Below, one piece after another: positions 18,037 to 24,000 of a stretch of 24,000 bases of DNA. The stretch is from assembly GCA_965262845.1 (NCBI GenBank), contig CBDHFX010000002.1:1059392-1083391 (forward strand), written 5' to 3'. Both the position numbers and the translations under genes were made by a program. Numbering within the stretch: the first letter of the stretch is position 1; every line of letters starts with the position of its first letter. This DNA is from Flavobacteriales bacterium. Lineage in GTDB: Bacteria; Bacteroidota; Bacteroidia; Flavobacteriales; ECT2AJA-044. The notes under the pieces were generated by a model. That model had not been told where the DNA came from. It worked only from the letters and a program-made list of their open reading frames with translations, and ran no database searches.

Positions 18037-18990
18037 ATGGCCATAAAACAAGGAAGAGGCATGATATTGATCACAGGGGGTAGTGGATTGGTTGGTTCGC
18101 GACTGACTGAAATGTTGCTCAAAAACGGGTATGCGGTAAGACACCTGAGCACCTCCTTTTTGCCCTCGCGGGCAGATAAGCCCCATCGCCGGAATGATGG
18201 AGTGGAGGTTTATGGCTGGGATCCTGCCGCAGGCAGAATGGATCTCAAGGCAATAGACAAGGTGGACTTCATTGTCAATCTTGCCGGATCCTCCATATCG
18301 TCCCGCTGGACCACTTCGCATAAACAATTGATCCGCGATAGTCGGATTGATTCCCTCCGAACGCTTTATACAGCCCTTGATACGAAACCTAACAGCGTTA
18401 AGGCCCTGATCAGTTCTTCTGCGGTCGGATTTTATCCGTCAGGGACAGATCAGCCCTTTGAGGAAAGCGATGAACCAGATAATGGATTCCTGGGATCGGT
18501 GTGTCAGGAATGGGAGACCGAAGCAAAACACTTTGAGCAACTGGGACTACACGTGGCAATCCTGCGAACGGGAATAGTACTGTCTAAAAAAGGAGGCATC
18601 CTGCCGGTAGTGGCCAGGATGATCAGGTGGTTCGGAGGAGCCTCACTAGCCTCGGGGAAGCAAATCCTTCCCTGGATCCATATTGACGACTTGTGTCGGA
18701 TGTACCTCTACGCCATTGAGAGCGGTTTAAAAGGACCGTACAATGCAGTCGGAGTCAGGGGCGCATCAAACAGGGAATTCACCCAGGCTGTTGCACGGGT
18801 GCTCCGAAGACCTTTTTGGCCGATGAAGGTTCCGGCTTTCATTTTGCAGACGGTCTTAGGCAGCCAATCGCAGATCGTGTTGATGTCAACTCCCTGTAGC
18901 AATGAGCGGATCGTTGCGGATGGGTTCACCTATCGCTACACAGATCTGGACGTGGCACTGATTGATCTGCTGCAACAAAAAAAGTCATGA
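18037..18990 (+). CDS. TIGR01777-family NAD-dependent epimerase/dehydratase-like SDR (YfcH-like, with DUF1731 C-terminus)
   Basis: Rossmann motif ILITGGSGLVGSRL, then LRTGIVLSKKGG, GKQILPWIHIDDL and the C-terminal GFTYRYTDLDVAL typical of this family. The true start may be the ATG at 18061 (MILITGG) rather than 18037. Confidence 0.85.
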   Translation: MAIKQGRGMILITGGSGLVGSRLTEMLLKNGYAVRHLSTSFLPSRADKPHRRNDGVEVYGWDPAAGRMDLKAIDKVDFIVNLAGSSISSRWTTSHKQLIRDSRIDSLRTLYTALDTKPNSVKALISSSAVGFYPSGTDQPFEESDEPDNGFLGSVCQEWETEAKHFEQLGLHVAILRTGIVLSKKGGILPVVARMIRWFGGASLASGKQILPWIHIDDLCRMYLYAIESGLKGPYNAVGVRGASNREFTQAVARVLRRPFWPMKVPAFILQTVLGSQSQIVLMSTPCSNERIVADGFTYRYTDLDVALIDLLQQKKS

Positions 18991-19036
18991 CAACTCAAAC
19001 GCTTTATTTCAGAACATATCAAAACTACTTGTATCT

Positions 19037-19246
19037 ATGACCCGCTTTTTAAAATGGTTGATGATCGCACTCGATACACTTGCCGTGCTCCTTTTTGGCA
19101 CGTACAAGTACATGCAATCCCAAACCAAAAAACACAGTCCGGAAGAAATCATTTCACACATCATCAGGGGTGGTGAAGTGGAGATCTTTTATAATCGCCC
19201 ATACAAGAAGGATCGTGAAGCCAATCCCCTGCTCTTCAGGGCCTGA
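19037..19246 (+). CDS. small membrane-anchored protein resembling only the N-terminal part of DUF2911 proteins (possible gene remnant)
   Basis: ATG at 19037 gives MTRFLKWLMIALDTLAVLLFGTY (anchor or signal), then SPEEIISHIIRGGEVEIFYNRPYKKDRE. This resembles the SP...I.I.YsRP.kkGR start of DUF2911 proteins as I recall them. The ORF stops about 10 residues later, 13 nt from the convergent pnuC stop. Confidence 0.35.
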   Translation: MTRFLKWLMIALDTLAVLLFGTYKYMQSQTKKHSPEEIISHIIRGGEVEIFYNRPYKKDREANPLLFRA

Positions 19247-19259
19247 GATATATGCCTTG

Positions 19260-19892
19260 TCAGCTTGAATTTTGGGTGGAAAGGGCGGCTTTCCATTCGC
19301 GAAGACCCATCACGGCCAGGTATAGGAAGACCGCGTATTGGAATGCCGTGAGTGCGAGTCCTTTATACAGGTAAAGTGGTATGGAGATCAGGTCTCCGAT
19401 GATCCACAACCACCAGTGCTCAAGATTTTTTCGGGCCATAAAATACATTCCGACGAAGAACAGGGAAGTGGTGGTGGTATCAATGAAAGGAACATCGCTG
19501 TCGGTAAACCGTACTAACACGAAGGCGAGAGTGATCCATGACGCGATGAGGGATCCAAAGAGCAGCGGGTACTGATCGCGCCGTAGGAGCTGAATCGGCC
19601 GTTCCACTGCTTCCTGCGGCTTTTCGCGCAGCCAGACGTGCCAGCCGTAGATGCTCATGACCATGAAATAGGCGTTGATGCCCATGTCGGCATAGAGTCC
19701 GGCGGTAAGGCAGATGTAAATGTAGAGGGCCGTGGAAATAATGCCGGTAGGGTACACAGCGATCCTAGCCCGTCGCGCGTAGTAGACCGACAGCAGTCCG
19801 AACACGACGGCGATCGCTTCGATGGTGATACTGAAGGCCGAATAATTGCGGTAAGGTCCAATGAAGAGTTCGAGCCAGTCCACCGCGTACAT
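19260..19892 (-). CDS. pnuC: PnuC-family nicotinamide riboside (vitamin) transporter
   Basis: 210 aa, about 7 hydrophobic helices. Trp-rich motifs YGWHVWL and EHWWLWIIGDLISIPLYLYKG, and a C-terminal LREW, typical of PnuC. Confidence 0.82.
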   Translation of the reverse strand: MYAVDWLELFIGPYRNYSAFSITIEAIAVVFGLLSVYYARRARIAVYPTGIISTALYIYICLTAGLYADMGINAYFMVMSIYGWHVWLREKPQEAVERPIQLLRRDQYPLLFGSLIASWITLAFVLVRFTDSDVPFIDTTTTSLFFVGMYFMARKNLEHWWLWIIGDLISIPLYLYKGLALTAFQYAVFLYLAVMGLREWKAALSTQNSS

Positions 19893-19904
19893 TTAAAGGC
19901 TTTA

Positions 19905-22900
19905 CTATCGTATGAGCCGAAGTGTGGTCCTCTCTTCTTCAACCGAACCATCAGTATACCAAATCACCACGCGTACGACAAAAACAGTGGTCAGGATCAC
20001 CGGTTCACCGTTTACCGTTCCATCCCAGCCGTCATCCGCATCTGTGCCGGTGTACACAAGTCTGCCCCAACGATCGAAGATCTGGTATTTAAAGCGTTGG
20101 AAGTCATTGCCCTGCGGGCGGAAAATATCGTTGACCAGGTCACCATTGGGGGTGAAGGCATTGGGGATGTAGACAGCTCCCTGTAAAAAACAACCTGGTT
20201 CGTAGGTAGCAAAGGTAGAATCAGTATCGCAGTAGTTATTGAGCCATGCGATCAGATAAAGCGGCCTGTCTTCCTGGATCACGGTGTCAAGCGTAGTACC
20301 GGGAATCGTATCACCGTTGAGGGTCCAGCCACTGCTCCCGGTCGGATCGCTGCTGACATACATGAACCGGGTGGTCGGACAATCCTCCTCTATGTAGATC
20401 TCCACCTCGGGGTATTCGCCAATCCAAAGCATCATGGTATCAGCTGCCGGACAGCCGTTGATATCGATACCGGAGAGATAGTATTCATCACTTTGGTCAA
20501 GGGTGATCTGGTTTCCGGAGAGTCCGCCCGGTTCCACCTGCATGGAAGTCCAGGGCAGCATGCTCAGGTCAAGCGTATAGGAACCGCATTCGTTCATACT
20601 GTCAGGCACGATATCATCGTATACCTGAAACCAGTCGTGCCAGATACTGTCGCGTTTTATGCAATTGCCAGCTGTGATGGTAACGTGGTACCATCCTTCT
20701 GCCAGGAAGGTAGTCTGAGCCGTTGTATCGCTGGTGCTCCAGAGATAGGACGCAGCACCTTGCGGTGCGGAATGGCTCAGCGGTTCGTTGGGGCACCAGA
20801 TCGTGGAGTCGTCGGGTAACTCGAAATCCGAGGCAAAGAGATACATACTATCAATGCAGGTCAATTGTGGATGCGACACCTGTACCGAAATGGTATCGGA
20901 AGCGGAGACCATTTGAGAATAAACCGGACCTGTGGATCCGTCACCCCACGTGATTTGATAATCAGGGCCATAGATATTGGTAAGATCTATACGTAAACTG
21001 TCGTTAAAGCACAAGGCAATATCGGTCTGCAGCAGTGGTTCGGAAATTCGTTCAACCCATATGGAATCGTATCCGAGACAAGCGGAGGCGCTGCTGGAGG
21101 TCTCCACCGAGTACCATCCGCCTGCATTGAGTATGATGGATTGCGTAGTATCTCCGGTATTCCAAAGGTAGCTTAAATACCCGGAGCCGGCATTCAGGGT
21201 GAGCAGATGGTCCCAGCAAATGAAGGCGGAATCCAGGAAAGGATCAAAGAGCTCGTTGAGTACATTAACCGTGATGGAGTCTTCACAGCTAACACCACCG
21301 AAATCGGCCGTGTATGTAAAAGTGATGGTATCCAGAATAGCCGTATCAAAGGTGGTGGCTGTGGCACCATTGGACCACATAAATGCGGGCGGGCAAAGAC
21401 TGGTGCTACTGCTACTATTGGTACGGATGATGACATTGTCCAGGGCCCAGCTTTCATCGCACAGCAAACCGGATGCAGCATCAATGAGCTCTCCATACCA
21501 TTTCACGGAAGCATCGCAGGCAGAATGCGGCAATATGAACTGCATCTGGTATATGGTGGTCGTGGCACCGGAGGCACAACGCGGGGGAAGTCCGGTATGC
21601 AGTGCATTGGTCATGGCCGGATGATTGATCTGGAAGTCGTCCGGGTAACTTTGCAGCGTTCCGGCAGTGTTGGAAAAGGTCGTATGGATCTCCGACGTTC
21701 CATCAACCTGCATGCCCCAGAGATCGGGTCCATCGGCCGGGCCATTCCCATCCCAGTCATCGAAAATGTAAAGGGTAAATTCCACCACAAGCTCGTCATG
21801 CTCAGGCAAACCGGTGAGGTTCCATTCAACGGTATCGTTCCTGAAAGGTCCGGCCATTTGTTCATACAAATAGCTTGTGGTATCTGGCAGCGACCATCCG
21901 GCCGGGAGGCCGCTATCAAAATCGGCCCAATGGACCGCAAAGGGAGGGTTGGCACTCAATGTGACGATATCATTATAACAGACCTGCTGGTTGCTCGCCT
22001 GCAGGTTAAGTTCGGCCACATACAGTTGGAGGCTGTCGATGGCAGTGCAACCGGAAATAGGATCAGTAGCCGTAACGTAATAGGTTCCGGGTTGACTCAG
22101 ATAGCGGAGGGCGCTGGCGGAGCCATCGGACCACAGCAGATTGGGAAAGCCGGTAAGGTCAGCCAGTACGGAATCACCCTCGCAGATGATCTCGACAGGT
22201 GGCAGCGGATCAAATGAACTAAAGGCCAATATCGTCAATGTATCGTGCCGTTCCGTTCCGCAGCTATCGGTCCGGATAATCGTGTAGGTGGTGGTTTGAG
22301 GCGGGCTGAGTATTGGAGCGGCAGTGGCGGTATCGGATACCCCGATGGCCGGACTCCAGTAGTACGATTGGATGTTGGGAGCTGTATAATTTGGCTGGAT
22401 TGTCCCGTTGCACCACTGAATGGTGTCGTTGGTGAAATTGGCCGCATATTTTTTGCAGAACCGAAAAGTCGCTGTCAGTGCGCCTGTTGCAGCCGTTGCC
22501 CCCCACTGCACCTGAGTAGTTCCCAGCAGGGTCAGCAAGTCAACGGTCCTGCTCAGACGCAGGTTACAGTCAAAATAAAAGTCCAGCGTTTGAGTAGATG
22601 GATACCAATATAATTGTACTTGATAAAAATTTTGGTTCTCAACGTTTCCAAACGAGGGTAAACAACTTACAGGCGCGCTAAGGGAGGGGGAAGCCGTGTG
22701 GATCACCGATCCGTTCGTGAGGTAGGCAACGTGATCGTAAACAGGATCGTTTACCGTTCCCCCATTCTGATAAACATCGATCTCCACGGCAAAAGCATTG
22801 GACAGACTCCCATAGCCGAGGTTTTGCCCAACCAGGCCGATTGAATTTCCGGGATTGTTCATTAAGGCGATGGTCATACCATCGGCACCGCTGTTATTTG

Positions 22901-23105
22901 CTCCCAGAGTAACTTCTCCGTCAATGACAAAAGGCCGGGTCAGGTCAAGCGTATCTTCGAACCACACGGCTCCGCCCTGGTTCGATCCGTTTGTCGTGAG
23001 CGTATAACAGCCCTGCGCATCAAGATAAGCGGTACCGACCGTAGTTGGTTGCCCGGCCGCCAGGCTACTCAGTAAAAGGAGCAGAAAAGAGAGCCGACAT
23101 TGCAT
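19905..23105 (-). CDS. large secreted L-type (legume-like) lectin domain protein with Ig-like repeats and a T9SS type-B C-terminal domain
   Basis: The likely start is the ATG at 23105 (MQCRLSFLLLLLSSLAAGQ signal peptide); the ORF-track TTG at 23111 adds 2 residues. Lectin motifs GGAVWF, ADGMTIAL and FAVEIDVYQNGGTVNDPVYDHVAY. Five repeats have a W-S/N-x-G-x-T core. The C-terminus IPNAFTPNGDLVNDIF...IFDRWGRLVY...WDGT matches the type-B CTD pattern. Confidence 0.85.
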   Translation of the reverse strand: MQCRLSFLLLLLSSLAAGQPTTVGTAYLDAQGCYTLTTNGSNQGGAVWFEDTLDLTRPFVIDGEVTLGANNSGADGMTIALMNNPGNSIGLVGQNLGYGSLSNAFAVEIDVYQNGGTVNDPVYDHVAYLTNGSVIHTASPSLSAPVSCLPSFGNVENQNFYQVQLYWYPSTQTLDFYFDCNLRLSRTVDLLTLLGTTQVQWGATAATGALTATFRFCKKYAANFTNDTIQWCNGTIQPNYTAPNIQSYYWSPAIGVSDTATAAPILSPPQTTTYTIIRTDSCGTERHDTLTILAFSSFDPLPPVEIICEGDSVLADLTGFPNLLWSDGSASALRYLSQPGTYYVTATDPISGCTAIDSLQLYVAELNLQASNQQVCYNDIVTLSANPPFAVHWADFDSGLPAGWSLPDTTSYLYEQMAGPFRNDTVEWNLTGLPEHDELVVEFTLYIFDDWDGNGPADGPDLWGMQVDGTSEIHTTFSNTAGTLQSYPDDFQINHPAMTNALHTGLPPRCASGATTTIYQMQFILPHSACDASVKWYGELIDAASGLLCDESWALDNVIIRTNSSSSTSLCPPAFMWSNGATATTFDTAILDTITFTYTADFGGVSCEDSITVNVLNELFDPFLDSAFICWDHLLTLNAGSGYLSYLWNTGDTTQSIILNAGGWYSVETSSSASACLGYDSIWVERISEPLLQTDIALCFNDSLRIDLTNIYGPDYQITWGDGSTGPVYSQMVSASDTISVQVSHPQLTCIDSMYLFASDFELPDDSTIWCPNEPLSHSAPQGAASYLWSTSDTTAQTTFLAEGWYHVTITAGNCIKRDSIWHDWFQVYDDIVPDSMNECGSYTLDLSMLPWTSMQVEPGGLSGNQITLDQSDEYYLSGIDINGCPAADTMMLWIGEYPEVEIYIEEDCPTTRFMYVSSDPTGSSGWTLNGDTIPGTTLDTVIQEDRPLYLIAWLNNYCDTDSTFATYEPGCFLQGAVYIPNAFTPNGDLVNDIFRPQGNDFQRFKYQIFDRWGRLVYTGTDADDGWDGTVNGEPVILTTVFVVRVVIWYTDGSVEEERTTLRLIR

Positions 23106-23155
23106 GCCCAAAAATAATGCTTAAATTCGTAACTCCATGACGGTAACTAAAAACT

Positions 23156-23185
23156 ATTTCATGCCAATCAGTCCGTGCATGAAAT
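23156..23185. promoter_or_regulatory. 9-bp perfect inverted repeat ATTTCATGC-N12-GCATGAAAT in a divergent intergenic region
   Basis: Read directly from the sequence. It lies between the divergently transcribed lectin/T9SS gene (ATG 23105) and the FN3 protein gene (ATG 23265). Confidence 0.4.
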
Positions 23186-23264
23186 ATATTAACCTGTGGC
23201 CTAATACTGTGATCGCATTGCCCGGAAATTCGTAGATTGCAGAGGTTTACCAATTGACAGCCAA

Positions 23265-24000
23265 ATGAAAAGAACGTTATTTATTTCAATCGCCTTCACA
23301 GCCGGACCGTTCCTGCAAGCACAGGTTTACACTCAAACCTACACCGGTGGGAACATCAATGGCGTATCACAAGTGCAAACCAGCACCAGTCAGGTATCGC
23401 CCTGCCCGGGGATCATAACCTTCACCGGGATCCCAGCCGGAGTAAACGTAGACTCCGTGATCGTAACCTATGATTTTTTTAGCACTCTTGCCGGATTTCA
23501 GAGTCCCGCGGAGCAGCGTTCCTATATCAATTGCACAACCACCGGCATGTCTGAGGCGAGTTTAGCCCTTGCCCCACCCGCTGGTCCGGGAGTAACGACC
23601 GTGACCTACACACGAACCCTCCTTCTGGCAAACGGGCCTGTCACCGGCAACCTCACTTTTGAGCTGCATGCCGGTACTACGGCTTTGATCCCGGGATCGT
23701 GTACCGGTTCGGGTCATTGGGTAGTGAATAATACCTGGGTCATTACCGTGTACACGAGTGGATCGGCTGACTGCCCGAAACCGACAAACCTCAGTGCGAA
23801 CCCGGCTACGAACAGCATTGACTTTGACTGGACTCCGGGTGGGTCTGAAACAGATTGGGAGTACCGGGCCGGGCCGGAAGGGACCGCTCTTGCCAATATG
23901 GCCGGCATGGTGGTCTCCAGCCATCCGGTTACAATCGGAAACCTGGATTCAGCCAGTACCTACGACTTTTATGTTCGGGCCATCTGTGGTCCTGACGACA
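23265..24000 (+). CDS. secreted protein with an unassigned N-terminal domain followed by a fibronectin type III-like domain (5' partial view; continues beyond the window)
   Basis: Not in the supplied ORF track. My own translation from the ATG at 23265 is open for all 245 codons to the window end. It has the signal peptide MKRTLFISIAFTAGPFLQAQ. FN3-like segment: CPKPTNLSANPATNSIDFDWTPGGSETDWEYRAGPEG...STYDFYVRAICG. Confidence 0.75.
   Translation, partial: MKRTLFISIAFTAGPFLQAQVYTQTYTGGNINGVSQVQTSTSQVSPCPGIITFTGIPAGVNVDSVIVTYDFFSTLAGFQSPAEQRSYINCTTTGMSEASLALAPPAGPGVTTVTYTRTLLLANGPVTGNLTFELHAGTTALIPGSCTGSGHWVVNNTWVITVYTSGSADCPKPTNLSANPATNSIDFDWTPGGSETDWEYRAGPEGTALANMAGMVVSSHPVTIGNLDSASTYDFYVRAICGPDD

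Noticed and set aside
19638-20186. 182-aa plus-strand ORF spanning the pnuC / adhesin junction
   Set aside because: It is antisense to two well-supported minus-strand genes and crosses their intergenic gap. No motifs were found.
21207-22217. 336-aa plus-strand ORF (and neighbouring 21199-21624, 20493-20819, 22245-22613)
   Set aside because: It is antisense to the 1066-aa lectin/T9SS gene, which is supported end to end by a signal peptide, lectin motifs, repeats and a CTD. The antisense products are Gly/Arg-rich without motifs.
23109-23116. TATTTTTG (minus strand) as promoter of the lectin/T9SS gene
   Set aside because: The motif is an exact TAnnTTTG match but ends only 3 nt upstream of the ATG at 23105. 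The predicted transcription start would fall inside or after the start codon. It is probably a chance match in A-rich sequence.
23562-23924. Minus-strand ORFs of 120 and 64 aa
   Set aside because: They are antisense to the open plus-strand reading frame starting at 23265, which has a signal peptide and an FN3-like domain. They are Arg/Pro/Gly-rich shadow ORFs.
1-24000. CRISPR arrays, transposases/integrases, prophage, toxin-antitoxin or known defence modules
   Set aside because: I looked for spaced direct repeats, terminal inverted repeats, DDE/recombinase motifs and small paired ORFs, and found none. The only significant repeat is the in-frame duplication at 16291-16701. The tRNA cluster shows no adjacent integrase or duplicated tRNA 3' fragment that would mark an integration site within this window.

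Overview
This is a chromosomal segment that looks like Bacteroidota. The evidence is TAnnTTTG-type -7 promoter motifs, a DUF2480 gene next to suf, an S46 peptidase, and secreted proteins ending in the gliding-motility/T9SS type-B C-terminal domain. From left to right: a tRNA-Pro(GGG), tRNA-Pro(CGG), tRNA-Thr(CGU) cluster; gcvT; a long-form PurF-like amidophosphoribosyltransferase; and a convergent S46 dipeptidyl-peptidase. Next comes an eight-gene minus-strand suf operon (sufA-B-C-D-S-E-T plus DUF2480), then divergent thiL and adk-obg-PAP2 phosphatase. The last 8 kb (15.9-24 kb) looks more accessory. It holds three modular surface proteins (LamG head, L-type lectin head, FN3-containing), interleaved with a TIGR01777-type SDR, a short DUF2911-like remnant and pnuC. 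The third surface-protein ORF (23265 to the window end) is missing from the supplied ORF track because it runs off the window. I see no CRISPR array, transposase or integrase, toxin-antitoxin pair or recognisable defence gene. I cannot support a claim of a new multi-gene system here; about two thirds of the window is ordinary core metabolism. The points most worth a second look are the surface-protein cluster, including a near-identical in-frame tandem duplication and an unassigned ~175-aa module; the uncharacterised DUF2480 gene tightly coupled to the end of the suf operon; the atypical long PurF-like enzyme; and a few compact regulatory arrangements.
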